DNA of 64,000 nt from Octopus bimaculoides (taxonomy: Eukaryota), in assembly GCF_001194135.2 (NCBI RefSeq), contig NC_068988.1:80753113-80817112 (forward strand). The letters are read 5' to 3'. Below are positions 12,870-25,222 of this stretch, piece after piece. The position numbers and the translations under genes are program-made. Positions within the stretch are counted from its first letter, which is position 1. Every line of letters starts with the position of its first letter. The notes below the pieces were generated by a model. It was not told where the DNA came from. It was given only the letters and a program-made list of their open reading frames with translations, and searched no databases.

Positions 12870-13900
12870 TATAGTTATTTTTTAAGTCTGTGTTGCGTTG
12901 TGTTGATAGACTTTCGGTTTTAATCAAAACTTGTTTTTGCATCTCCTTCAGATTTGAAATTTTTCTTTGCAAAATGTTGTCTAATGCCTGGAAAACATGA
13001 TAGTCAGTTGATGCAAGGTCTGGTGAATATACTGGATGACAGGGTACTTCCAAGTTCACTTCCTGTTAGTTGAGTAGTGTTCTTTGTGCAACATGTGGTA
13101 GAATATTGTCTTGAAAGAGTATTGGCATGTCTCTATTGACCAATTTCAGTTGTTTAATTGCAAGTTCACTCATTTCATCCTCAATTACAGCAGATGTATA
13201 CATCAGTATACATCCGCTGTAATTGACTTACAAGGTCTCATGAAGCTGACAGACACCATTAGCTTTTTTTGGTGAATATTCTTTTTTGGATTGTGTTTTG
13301 GCACATCGTCTCTATCCACCATGCAGAATGCTGTTATTGTTGAAAAGAACCCATTTTTCATCACATGTAACAATACGATGCATAAATGGTTCACTTTTAT
13401 GCTGTGGCAGCAAACAACAGCAAGTTTCAAGATGATGTGCCATTTGATGCTCATTCAATTCATGTGGTACCCACTTGTCCAGCTTCTTTAACTTGCCGAT
13501 TTGTTTCAGATGGTCTAATACAGTTGAAATCGAAACATCAAACCTTGCTGCTAACTTTCAACATGTGGTTTGAGATGTATCCACTTCCATTACATTTTCC
13601 AGCTCATCATTATCCACCTTGGTCTCAGGTCTACCATGGGGCTGATTTTCAAGAGTAAATTCACCAGACTGGAATCTCTCAAACCATCTATGTACAGTGT
13701 GCTCATTTGCCACATCCTCATCAACACCTCATTGATGTTTCGAGCTGTCTCATCTTTATAAACAACACAAATTTTTTTATCTATCCATGGGTTCACAAAA
13801 ATTGATTTACAAGAGAAAACTCACAATATAATCAGACACCATGAATTGCATTTAAAAAAGTGATGATGTGACTCTTTAATGTGGTAAAAAGAAAAAGAAT
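12870..13900 (-). mobile_element. Decayed mariner (DD34D) transposon
   Basis: ARNINEV..NEHTVHRWFERFQSGEFTLENQPHGRPETKVDNDEL..LDKWVPHELNEHQ; KNIHQKKLMVSV; HPVYSPDLASTDYHVFQALDN. Confidence 0.9.
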
Positions 13901-14014
13901 TTTCAGGGTAAAACATTAGAGTTAAGGACTGTGAAACTTGGTGCATAAGAAAATCGGATATTTCATTCTTAATGACTTGATATATGTGTGTGTTTGTGTG
14001 TGTGTATGCATACA

Positions 14015-14160
14015 TCATCATCATCATCATCATCATCATCGTTTAACGTCCGCTTTCCATGCTAGCATGGGTTGGACGACTTGACTGAGGACTGGTGAAA
14101 CCGGATGGCAACACCAGGCTCCAATCTAAATTTGGCAGAGTTTCTACAGCTGGATATCTA
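14015..14160 (+). mobile_element. SINE family A (3' truncated at an (AT)n tract)
   Basis: (CAT)n-gtttaacgtccgctttccatgctagcatgggttggacg. Confidence 0.85.
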
Positions 14161-14165
14161 TCTAA

Positions 14166-14204
<39 letters not shown>

Positions 14205-14212
14205 TGCGTGTG

Positions 14213-14275
<63 letters not shown>

Positions 14276-15234
14276 TTATTTATTTATTTATATATATACA
14301 GATATACTCTTACCACACACAAACATTGTTATGCATTTGATAGCCCCCCCCCCTGCCTATATCAGAATGTTAATAAGGAGGTGGAGTAAGTATGATGGTG
14401 TGGCTGCTGCTACTGATGGTGGTGGTGGTGATGGTGGTACATACATGTGTACTTGCTCCTTTTAACTAATATGCAAGTGTAATGGTGGTGGCTGATAGAC
14501 ATGCTCACTTCAATCTGTAGATAATCGTGTGTGTGTGTGTGCGCGCGAGTGCGCACACACACACACACACACACACACTTTTTTTAGTGAAATGTTTCAT
14601 TAAATGACCTTGATGTAGTTTGTGATCTTTTAGGTTACTATGTTCTGACATAGGCTGATGACTTACTAGTTTTATTAGATTTTTTCTTTCTCGCTTTTTC
14701 TCCTTCTCACTCGCCTCCGCGTACAGAGAAAAATTTAACACATTTAACTTATATTTGATTCCAACTGTATACTAATTTGATGGGGGTGGGTAGGAAAGGA
14801 GTTTTCTTTTTATAATTTAGATTACACCAATTCTGATGATAGCTCAAAATATCAAAAGCCAAACTGGGTGGTTATCTTGCCAAATTATGCTCACAAATCT
14901 AGCATATATATCCATGTGTGCGTTTTAAATAATACACGCATGCATACATGCATACACACTCAATCATAGACAGATTGCACTCCATACAACATAGAACAAG
15001 TGTCCCTTTACAAGTTTGTTCACCCTATCAAAAATACCTCTCAAATCATGCTCTACTCTCTCAAAAAAGTATGGTAGGATACATTAGATAATATACTCTT
15101 AGACTCATTATCTGAAAAAGGATGAAGTGTTCATGGCTGGAATGTCATTGATGATAGGTCTGCCTGATCAGAACTGACCTGGGACTAAACAACACACATA
15201 TACACACCCTCAAGATAATGAAAAACAAGAACAC

Positions 15235-15962
15235 TCTGAGGGTACAAACCTCTGCCAAGGCAACATCAACATCCTCTCAACGATTAGCCAGAGATGATTT
15301 TTAAAATGAGAATATTTGATATAAACTTGACTGATCTCACAGGAAAATAATCCAGGATCCTTGTCCAGTACCTAATCGATCCCAATGGTCATGGAATGTG
15401 AAGGTGGGTGTGTAGGACGTCTTTGTTTGAGGCAGAACTAGAAATGCGATTGTCAAGTAGGTAAGAGGTTTGAAACAGGAGCGATATATTCAAAATTGGT
15501 AAAACTAAAAATTGTCGAGGATAAATTAAATTTATTACTGTTACTGAATATGTTAGTGTTATTTAATTTCTGAATGGTTTTGCTGCCGTTTGTTTATGTA
15601 GTTTGATTTCTTTATCCATCAGTTTCTACTAAGATAGAGATGCGAGTAAAATTAATAATAGAGAAACAAAAATAAAACTTTGGATACAGCAACACCGACA
15701 TAATTTATGTGGAGACATGAGCGTGCTTTCAAGGGAGATAATCAGAGAAAGACTTGAAAGTCAATGTAAGATTGTAATACTTCATGTGAAGTAAAGTAAA
15801 TATAAGTAAATAATCCAGAATCCTTGTCCAGTACCAGATCGATCCCAAAATCTACTCAGTTCACGACAGTCACAATCCTGCGGTTCTTGAGATATCTTGT
15901 CCACGGACAAACAAACACAACTGAATACAATACCTCCGCCTTTGCTAAGGCGGAGGTAATAA
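15235..15962 (+). mobile_element. Helentron-associated (HINE/DINE-like) non-autonomous element
   Basis: Terminal hairpin ACCTCCGCC-tttgctaa-GGCGGAGGT-aat at ~15932-15960, a related gagggtacaaacctctgccaaggc near 15238, and an internal direct repeat aaataatccag(g/a)atccttgtccagtacc at ~15346 and ~15808. Confidence 0.55.
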
Positions 15963-15964
15963 TG

Positions 15965-16800
15965 ATTTCTTTTCTTGTGCATGGGGGCTCAAGTTGTTGC
16001 AGACAGTATAAAGGCAAAACAACAAACAAGAAACAATAAGGGATCTACATGGAGTAAGATGGATCAACAAAAAGATAAAAAATAAAAACGCCTTAATAAA
16101 TAGATAATACAAAATAAAAATACAAAACAAACAAATCTCCTGATCATATCTGCTACACTTCTTTCACTTGACTTGGGACAGAGAAGAAAAGTAATGAAAA
16201 GTTGACTTGATTCACAGCCAAATCTATCCCACACAATATAACAGTTATTCCATATAAATCTGCAAATCAGCAATGCCTGGACACTGAATAAGTTCATTCC
16301 TGGTGGATTCAGTTATTGGTAGCTCCAGCATAACCATGCTTGTAGGGCTTATTTTGAACAAATAGTAAAGTATCATCAGGCATAGTATCCTGGGGCCTTC
16401 TTCGTGTGGCTGTTGGTCATAGATAGACCTCTTGGAAAACAGAATCTGTTTCCTTCCCCACTAAATAGCATTGTAAACTTAGCAGATATTTTTTGAGAAA
16501 ATGTGTGATAGTCAGGTAATAAGACACTACTGAAGAAATGTAGATGTTTGTCATTTCTACCTGGTCTTTTTGAGACAGCTTCCTCTCAGGCCATTTCTGA
16601 ATGAAACTCGCCACCCTGCTCATGACTGCTTCCCAGTTTTATCCATGTGGAGGTCTAGTCTGCATCAGGCCCCAAACACTTTAGACTCTTAGTCAAGCAG
16701 TAGATGCCACTGTACCTCATCCACTTGCCTTCCGTAGTTATAAGCCCGCTGAATTGTTCCAGTTAATGTGAGTTCCCCTTAATCTCCTGATACTTCTCTT
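15965..16800 (-). mobile_element. L1/Tx1-like LINE 3' fragment
   Basis: FIQKWPERKLSQKDQVEMTNIYISSVVSYYLT resembles the Tx1 post-RT WxxRxLSxxGR..N...S..Y stretch; followed by a T-rich 3' UTR-like segment. Confidence 0.55.
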
Positions 16801-16929
16801 AAAACATGGATAGAATGATTAATGGCCTGAATGGTTCTTATTACAGAGTAAGCAACAACAACAATAATACAATATGAGTAACCAAGTGAAAGCTGTAAAA
16901 TGAAGAAAGACTTAATAGGATACATGCTC

Positions 16930-17175
16930 CCGTGGTTTTATGGGTTTTTCCAGGTGTAACCTTTCCTTTTTCGAAGCGCCTCCCCCTTTGGGAGTTCTAT
17001 TTATTTATTTGTATATTTATTTATCTATTTATTTGTTATATCTTTCTCCGTTTTCTTCCTCTGTTTAGACGAACTTTCCTACCTTTTCGGACAAAACCTT
17101 TTGTAACCTTCGTCCTGTCTTTGTCCTTACATGTTTTTAATTGATATTAGCCCTTGTGGCCAATAAAACGAATTA
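16930..17175 (+). mobile_element. Probable LINE 3' UTR (Tx1-like) ending in AATAAA and (ATT)n
   Basis: Pyrimidine-rich segment ending gcccttgtggccAATAAAacgaatt(att)n. Confidence 0.4.
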
Positions 17176-17207
17176 ATTATTATTATTATTATTATTATTA
17201 TTTTCAT

Positions 17208-17640
17208 ATATGGTGGCAAGCTTCACGAAATGCTTAGCGGTATTTCACCCATCACTACATTCTGAGTTAAAATTCTGCTGAGGCCATTCATCCTTTCAGG
17301 GTTGATAAATTAAGTACCAGTGAAAAACTGGGTTTGATGGAATCAACTTGTCTCCTCCCCCAAAATGTCAAGCCTTGTGCCTTTAATAGAAGGGACTATT
17401 ATTATTATTATTATTATAGAATGTGGCGAGCTAGCAGAATTGTTAGCATGCCAGGCAAAACGCTTAGCAGCATTTTGTCTGTCCTTACGTTCTGAGTTCA
17501 AATTCCATCTAGGTCAACTTTGCCTTTTATCCTTTTGGGGTTAATGAAAAAAGTACCAGTTATGCACTGGGGTCGATGTAATCAATTAGCCCCTTCCCCC
17601 AAATTTTCAGGCCTTGTGTCCATACTAGAAAGGATTACTA
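17208..17640 (+). mobile_element. Head-to-tail pair of family C SINEs with (ATT)n spacer
   Basis: Two ~200-bp copies: ggcgagctagcagaat..gcttagc..ttctgagttcaaattc..aagtaccagt..cccccaaa..gccttgtg. Confidence 0.85.
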
Positions 17641-17949
17641 TCATTACAGAATAACAATATAGTGAAAGTGAGTATAACAGTGCATGTATATTTTAAATGG
17701 TTACAGTGACTCTACCCTGATGTAATTGTTTTAGTATCAACACTTGATCCCAGATGACACCAGTTTCTAAACAAGTAAAATTCAAGAACACACATCACAC
17801 ATTCACAAGTATTTTATGTGTTAGTCAGCGAAAGAAGAGCAGTAACTGAACTTTCTTGCTGGGTCTCTGACATGAAGAGAGAGGTAAGAATGATGTATGA
17901 AACTATGATTAATTGGTTGCTGTAGTAGGGAACAGCAATGACAATATCA

Positions 17950-19340
17950 AATTTTTCTTAAACTGGAGTTATAATTAGAATGTTTGAAAAAGAGAAGACA
18001 CTGCTAAAGGGACACAAGTGATGCACTAGGTCTAATTGTAGACAGTACCTTGGAAGTATTTGGATAAAATCTTACTTCCATGAAGCTATTCCATTAATGC
18101 TGTATTAATAAGTCATCATCTCAGGAAGTCAAATGGTTTTGTGCCAAAAAAGAAACAACTGATTTAGTTTTTACTTCATCAACTTTAAAGAAAAGGTCAG
18201 AGAGCAAAGCTTTTATCTCTTCATTACTTTCATTGGTCTTATCAAAGCATTCAACAGTGTTAAATGTGATGGTTTGTGGAAAGTACACTCCAAGATTGGC
18301 TGTCCTCCTGATTTTGTGGAAATCATCACATCCTTTCACAATGGAATGTAAAGAACTGTTGCTGAAAATAGAATCATGGTTACACCTTTTATTGTGACAA
18401 ATGTGTCAAGAAAGGCTGTGTTCTTACCCCATCATTATTGAGTACCTACTTCTTGATTATGCCTAATTCAGCCTTCAAAGAATCTCCAATTGGCTGCATG
18501 ATTCAGTTTCCAATTGATGGCAACATTCTCAGTCTTCAACAACTTCATGTTAAAACAAAGATATCAGAAGTGTTTGTGCATGTGCTGCTGCTCTTTGCAG
18601 ATGATTATTCCTTGTTGCTCATGCTTTTGATATTCAAAGAATTGCAGATTATTTTTGGCTGCTGCAAAGAACTTTGATCTCACTGTCAGCATGAAGATTG
18701 AAATCATGCTCCAACCCTTACCTAGGCTTGGATCCTTTCTGAATAAACCAGTAATCCTTATTAGTGGAAAGGTGGTAAAAGTGGTGAAGAATTTTACCTA
18801 TTTGGGCAGTACAACAATGTCCAATAAACTGACTAAGAATCTCACTGTTTATTCCACAATTGGCCAAACAAGTACTGCTTTGACAAATCTGTTTTGGTAT
18901 GATCCAGATATTTCACTGTATATGAAGATTCAGACATATAAACAGTGGTAGTCACAACACTCTTGTTTGGTAAATCCCCTGTATTACATGCAGATAAAAC
19001 AATTAGACAGTTTCCTCTTTATTGTATTCATAAAATATCTAAAATCAAGCAGGAGGATATGATATCCAATACAGAAGTCCTATCATGCTGAAAAGTCACT
19101 GGTATGCAGCCATTATTAATAAGATATCAACTTCACTAAGGTGGTCATTTGACCTGGATTCAAAATGATCGCATTCCCAAAGAAGTTTTTTATGACCAGC
19201 CTGCTAGAGTTAAGCATTTTGTATGCACACTACAGGAACAGTGTACAGATTCCCTGAGACAAAATCCAAAGATGTGTCATACAAATGAAACTGTGATTCA
19301 AAGGTTGATTGTGATGGTTCGAGAAATCAAAGCATAAAGA
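17950..19340 (+). mobile_element. Decayed RTE-BovB-like LINE RT region
   Basis: SQNGFVPKKETTDLVFT..KEKVREQ..FIGLIKAFNSVKCDGLWKVHSKIGCPPDFVEIITSFHNGM; LLLFADDYSL; KVVKNFTYLGST; WIQNDRIPKEVFY. Confidence 0.9.
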
Positions 19341-19554
19341 AGTCACTGCATAACTCTTGAATCAAGTTGTGTTGAAGACCTTGTATAGAAAAGAAGGACT
19401 GAAGAATGCATAAACAGACTCAAACTGAATATATTCCTTTGTTTCATGCTCTTTCTTGATGAGGCTGGAATCATCGCAGGTTAGTGGTCCCAGAGATGTC
19501 ATCATGTGTAGACCAGGTCCACCAATGTGGTCCATCACTGGTGGTCCCGTGTCA

Positions 19555-19730
19555 GTCCCTCTTGGTTTAGCCTCGTTGTGGTGAGGAGGCTTGTGTGTCC
19601 CATAGATCCAAGGGAGCACTACAGTCTAGAGCTTTGCTCCTGGTATGGCTACCCTAGGCAGGTCATTCTCCCAAGGAGATTCCAGACTAATGGTGACCCA
19701 TGGCATGTTGGCTCATTGCTAAGATGACAT
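19555..19730 (+). mobile_element. RTE-type 5' UTR-like fragment
   Basis: ctcgttgtggtgaggaggcttgtgtgtcccatagatcc..ggcaggtc resembles the minus-strand segment at 51860-51990. Confidence 0.45.
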
Positions 19731-20711
19731 CCTCCTCATCCAACCATTCTGTGGAGGCCCAATACCCTCCCAGAAGAACCCTCAACATGTTACAACACTG
19801 ACTAGAAGAATATATTCCCCTATAATTTATTTATCTGTTTTTGTTTTTAGCCACCCTGTTATCTGTACTACAATTTCTAGTCTTGACAATAACTCTGGCT
19901 ACAAGAATAAAGATCAACTTGGGAATTGAACCATGTGTCATCAGTTTACCACACAATAAAAATATGCAATTACCTATCTCTGCCTACCAAACAATTATCT
20001 CAGTATATATACAACTTTGTAACATAGCTATGCTCACCTAGGTACATTTCTGTTTATGCCCATTCTAGAAAAATGCCTAATCATAATTTGATCCATAAAT
20101 GATAATACCTAACATTTCAGGAATATTTACTAAATTATATCTGGAGCTTTTATGCATTTATAAATAATACTTTGAAATAATGTGTGTGTGTATGCACACG
20201 CACGCACGCACACACGCACACACAAGCAAAATATATACATGTGCATAAAAAGAACCAGAAACAAGTCCTACCTTAATTTTGTCTTGCTGAAATTTGAAAA
20301 GACTTGTAAACTAATACAGTAAGCAATAACTTGATATTTTTAAGAGGTCATGCAATCAAAAGTGTGTGTGTGCGTGTTGTGAGAGAGAGAGATTGCTCAC
20401 AATAAATTTGACTACTCTCAGTATTTAGTCACCTTCATCAGTTAATGTTCCATTGTTTTTCTTAAACTACCTTTAAAATGATAACAATTTAACACACACA
20501 CACACACTGAGTCTATAGTGGAGGACAATTGCCTAATGTACTATGCAGTGGAACTGAATCTGAAACCATGTAATTAAGAAGCAATCTCCTCAACCACACA
20601 GCTATGCTTGTGCCTATATATAGATATAGGCACAGGCAAATATAGATATGTGTGCGTATGAGTGGACACACAAATAAAAGGGCACTTGACTCATTTATTG
20701 GGAGTTGCATG

Positions 20712-20862
20712 TATTATTCAAAATAGTTGATTTAGATTCCATGCTACTTCAAGTTTTGAAGCTCCTAACAGAGCCTGAAGAGATAGGCTCAGTTAGGGGC
20801 TTTGTTAGGGGCTTCAAAATTTGAAGTAGCTTGGAATTTGAATCATACTGTTTTGGATAGTA
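20712..20862. mobile_element. ~150-bp hairpin MITE with TA ends (Tc1/mariner type)
   Basis: Near-complete palindrome: ttcaaaatag..gattccatgctacttcaagttttgaagctcctaacagagcct / aggctcagttagg..gcttcaaaatttgaagtagcttggaatt..ctgttttgga. Confidence 0.7.
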
Positions 20863-21078
20863 TATTATATGTATATATATAGATATATATATATATATAT
20901 ATATATGTTTACATCCCTGTAACTTAGCAAATTGGCAAAAGAGAATGATAAAACATGTGCCACTCTTTAAAAAACAAGATAACTCGCATTAATTTGTTTG
21001 ACTAAAATCCTTCGAGGCAGTACCCCTGCATGGTTGCAATCCAATGACTGAAACAAGTAAATGATAAAAGATAAAAAC

Positions 21079-21129
<51 letters not shown>

Positions 21130-21134
21130 TAATT

Positions 21135-21400
21135 ATCATCATCATCATTACCTTTTAATGTCTTTTCTCCATGCTGTCATAAGTTGGATGGTTTGTTAAG
21201 GGCTGGCCAGCTGGAGGGCTGCTCAGGCTCCATTTGTCTGTTTTGGTATGATTTCTATGGTTGGATGCCCTTCTGAACACCAACCACTTTACAAAGTATA
21301 CTGGGTGCTTTTATGTGGCACTGGCATGGGCGCTTCTATGTGGCACAAGTGCAGGTGCTTTTACATAATACCAGCACAGGTATTTTTATGTGGCAGGAGC
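21135..21400 (+). mobile_element. SINE family A with tandem GTGCTTTT..GTGGCAC units
   Basis: (CAT)n head, ttggatgcccttctgaacaccaaccactttaca core, 4-5 short repeat units. Confidence 0.75.
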
Positions 21401-21583
21401 CCACAAAACTAGGATCTCTTGTATAAGAGGGAGATGTAGAAGATGTGCCTGAATGCATGGACAGCCACAATTTTACTTCTCAAGCACTACAAACTGTCAG
21501 AGGCCTCTGTTCCTTCTCATCTCCTTGATAGATTGCTAGCCACTAAACCTTTCTGTTTTCTCTCTCTCTTTATTTCTGTGTTC

Positions 21584-21619
21584 CTTTCTGTTGAAGAGCA
21601 TAGGCTCGAAACATAAAAG
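21584..21619 (+). ncRNA. Decayed minimal hammerhead-like motif
   Basis: CUUU-CUGUUGA-A-GAGC(AUAG)GCUC-GAAA-CAUA-AAAG: stems I and II are present; core A6 and the stem III G are mutated. Confidence 0.4.
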
Positions 21620-21895
21620 ACTTTCTCACTTCCCGAGTGTTACACTAATACATCTGTTCATTGTTTACACACCCGTCTTCATATTCAGAACATTTTCCCA
21701 TTATGCACCATTTTGGGTATTTATACTCCCAAACCCTAAATATCTCAATAACTGGTGCCCCGATTTATGCAGAACTTGTTGCATTCTGTTTGTATTAAGA
21801 TTTCTGGGTAAAGTTAATTCATAGTATTTTCCCATTGTGCTCCAGTTTGGCTGGGTAACATTTGCAAGCAAGATTCAAACTGACTTTTAATGTAT

Positions 21896-21945
<50 letters not shown>

Positions 21946-22501
21946 NNNNNNNNNNNNNNNNNNNNNNNNNNNNNNNNNNNNNNNNNNNNNNNNNNNNNNN
22001 NNNNNNNNNNNNNNNNNNNNNNNNNNNNNNNNNNNNNNNNNNNNNNNNNNNNNNNNNNNNNNNNNNNNNNNNNNNNNNNNNNNNNNNNNNNNNNNNNNNN
22101 NNNNNNNNNNNNNNNNNNNNNNNNNNNNNNNNNNNNNNNNNNNNNNNNNNNNNNNNNNNNNNNNNNNNNNNNNNNNNNNNNNNNNNNNNNNNNNNNNNNN
22201 NNNNNNNNNNNNNNNNNNNNNNNNNNNNNNNNNNNNNNNNNNNNNNNNNNNNNNNNNNNNNNNNNNNNNNNNNNNNNNNNNNNNNNNNNNNNNNNNNNNN
22301 NNNNNNNNNNNNNNNNNNNNNNNNNNNNNNNNNNNNNNNNNNNNNNNNNNNNNNNNNNNNNNNNNNNNNNNNNNNNNNNNNNNNNNNNNNNNTATATATA
22401 GATTTAATCAAAAGATTAAATGTGGTACTTAAAATGTTTGAGGCACCAGAATTTGGTAGGCTAAAAACCAAAAAACCAAATCAAGAGATTTGGTGAATAA
22501 A

Positions 22502-22752
22502 ATTTGAAGAAAAGCAACAAAAATTCAATAGGTTATAGCAGTATGTACGTTTCGTATAAACTTCATTTATTTATGTAGTGAGAACACCACATAAGATGTG
22601 CAATGAACTAAAATTGAACTTCCATTATGCAGCTGAGGAGTACATTTTCATTGCACATTTTATGTGGTGTTCTCACTACATAAATAAATGAAGTTTATAC
22701 GAAACGTACGTACTGCTATAACTTATTGAATTTTTGTTGCTTTTCTTCAAAT
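22502..22752. repeat. 106-bp inverted repeat (PLE inverted pLTR-like)
   Basis: Arms 22502-22607 and 22647-22752 with few mismatches; 39-bp spacer. Confidence 0.95.
22625..22721 (+). ncRNA. Type I hammerhead ribozyme with intact core and long stem II
   Basis: Stem I UUAUGCAG/CUGC(U)AUAA; CUGAGGA 22633-22639; stem II GUA/UAC + UUUCAUU/AAUGAAG + UUAUGUGGUG-UUCU-CACUACAUAA; GAAA 22701-22704; stem III C-GUAC-G; predicted GUA cleavage after 22712. Confidence 0.8.
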
Positions 22753-22809
22753 ATATATATAAAAACGATTAACCTACGTACCAATGGTTTCGCCTGTTAC
22801 ATATATTCT

Positions 22810-23023
22810 TCTATTCTTTTATTTGTTTCAGTCATTTGACTGCAGCCATGCTGGAGCACTGCCTTTAGTCGAACAAATCACCTCCAGGACTTATTCTTTG
22901 TAAGCCTAGTACTTATTCTCTCAGTGTCTTTTGCTGAACGGCTAAGTTACAGGATGTAAGCACACCAACATCAGTTTCCAAGTGATGGTGGTGGGTGGTG
23001 TGGGGACAAGCACAAACATGCAA

Positions 23024-23069
<46 letters not shown>

Positions 23070-23235
23070 GACGGGCTTCTTTCAGTTTCTATCTACCAAA
23101 TCCACTCACAAGGCTTTGGTCAGCCCTAGGCTATAGTAGAAGACACTTGCCCAAGGTACCATTCAGTGAGACTGAACCCGGAACCATGTGGTTGATAAGC
23201 AAGCTACTTACCACACAGCCACTCTTGCACCTATA
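22810..23235 (-). mobile_element. Composite SINE family B
   Basis: Near-consensus reverse complement of 42766-43165. Confidence 0.9.
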
Positions 23236-23447
23236 TGTACCCAGTGAGTAGTTTTACCCAATGTTTGAGTATAAACTGCTAGAAATGCAAAGGTGATGCC
23301 TTAGAGTTCCATTCTTACTGTTTCATCAATCCTTGGATTGGTACACTTTTTCATTAACCCAGAAAAGCAAAGGTGACCTTGATAGAATTTGAGCTGAGAA
23401 CACAAAGCGTTGGAACAATTACCATGAGATATTCTATCCAAGACTCT

Positions 23448-23665
23448 AATCATCATTATCATCATCATCAACAGTTAATGTCCATTTTCCATGCAGGCAC
23501 AAGTTGAACAGCTTGACAGGAACTGGCAAAGCCAGGGGTGACATCAGGTTCCATAGACTATTTTGGCTTACTTTTCTACAGCTGAATGCCATTCCTAATG
23601 CCAACCACTTTACAGAGTATACAAGGTACACCAGCACCCACACCAATGCTTTTTACATGGCACCT
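23448..23665 (+). mobile_element. SINE family A
   Basis: (CAT)n head; cagctgaatgccattcctaatgccaaccactttacagag core. Confidence 0.7.
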
Positions 23666-24134
23666 TGGTTTTTAGGTAATGTCTCTGTTTATTTGCCACT
23701 TGAAGAGGGTTCAATTGATAGCATTGTTTCAGTGGTTAGTTTTATCATTTTTTTACTAACAGTGTCTCTATTGTTTCTTTTGACACTGTTACCATTGTCA
23801 TCAGGATTATTGATTTCTATGAAAGACTGACAAGTACAGTATTTTTTTGACAAGGCTTCTAACACTTCACAAAGAAGACTCTAGTGATCATTCATTTTGC
23901 TGACAATTGAAGCCAGATTTCCCTCACATTACACATTCTGAAATTAGGAAGGACATGTGGGAAAATATAATCATACATAAATGTAAAAAGGTGGAACAGT
24001 TTTTACCTGGAATGTATTTGATCACAGGTCTGCTTTATTTTGGCTGATTTAGAACTAAACAACATCAAAAACAATTTATACCTATTTTATTGACCCCAGA
24101 AGGGTGACAAAGTTGACTTCATGGAAGATTGTAT

Positions 24135-24415
24135 AACACTCTGCCAATTCTACCACCCATCATTCTACAATCTCTACCATCCACTGCTCAACCAACTCTT
24201 CCACTTACCACTCTACCAATTAAACCATCCACTGCTTTATCAAATCTAACAACCATCATTCTAATAATTCTACCACCTACTGCTTTATCAATTCTACCAC
24301 CCTACTGATTCTATCAGCCATCACTCTACCAGTTGTATTATTATCCTCTCTTTACCAATTCTATTATCCTTCACTCTACCACTCATTGCCCTATCAATTC
24401 TACCATCCACCACCT
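24135..24415. repeat. Degenerate minisatellite (ccactgctttatcaattctaccacc-like units)
   Basis: Recurrent aattctacca / ccactgct / atcaattct motifs. Confidence 0.65.
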
Positions 24416-24504
24416 TTCTCGTGGCTATAATAAAGGTATAACTATTGATCATGTTTAACATTGTTTCTGATGCTAGCGATGTCATAAGTGCATGGTGAAA
24501 TGAC

Positions 24505-24537
<33 letters not shown>

Positions 24538-24730
24538 CTACTCCTACTGTTACTTTTGCTATTAGTTCTGCTATTGCTGCTACTGTAGCTTTTAGTACTT
24601 CAACCACTATTGCTGCAGTAACTACCACAAATGCTATTGCAACTGCTGCTACTGTTGTTGTTTCTAATGCTGGCACTACAGCTACTACCACCACTGCTAC
24701 TACAACTGCTACTACTGTTGTTGTTGATAG
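24505..24730. repeat. Degenerate (ACT/GCT)n trinucleotide tract
   Basis: Direct inspection. Confidence 0.85.
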
Positions 24731-25018
24731 GCTGACAGTTGATGCGTGATGAAGATAATAACACTGATGTGGGTGGTGACAATTATGTTACTGAGGAAAG
24801 ATGTCAGTCTCGAAAAAAAAAGAAAAATAGTTGATTTTTGGATGCAAATGACTTTTGCTACTTCATCTCTTAATTCTGTGCTCTGCTTTCAAATTCTGAC
24901 TGTTGCACAGGGGTTAAACTTCATCCTTTCAAGGTCAATAAGGATTGATACAAGTCAGACTCTACCCACTCCACATTAAAAAATTTGACCTTCAGCCTAT
25001 GGTAAGAAAGGGTTTCAC

Positions 25019-25078
<60 letters not shown>

Positions 25079-25148
25079 CAGCAGTAGTAGTAGTAGTAGT
25101 AGTAGTTGTAGTAGTAGCAGCAGTAGTAGTAGTAGTTGTAGTAGTAGT

Positions 25149-25203
<55 letters not shown>

Positions 25204-25222
25204 ACAGCAGCAGCAGTAGTTA
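25019..25222. repeat. (TAG)n/(CAG)n compound trinucleotide microsatellite
   Basis: About 200 bp of TAG with CAG and TTG interruptions. Confidence 0.95.

Noticed and set aside
20785-20810. CTGAAGA as a hammerhead core in the 20712-20862 hairpin
   Set aside because: No GAAA or stem III follows; it is the loop of a palindromic MITE.
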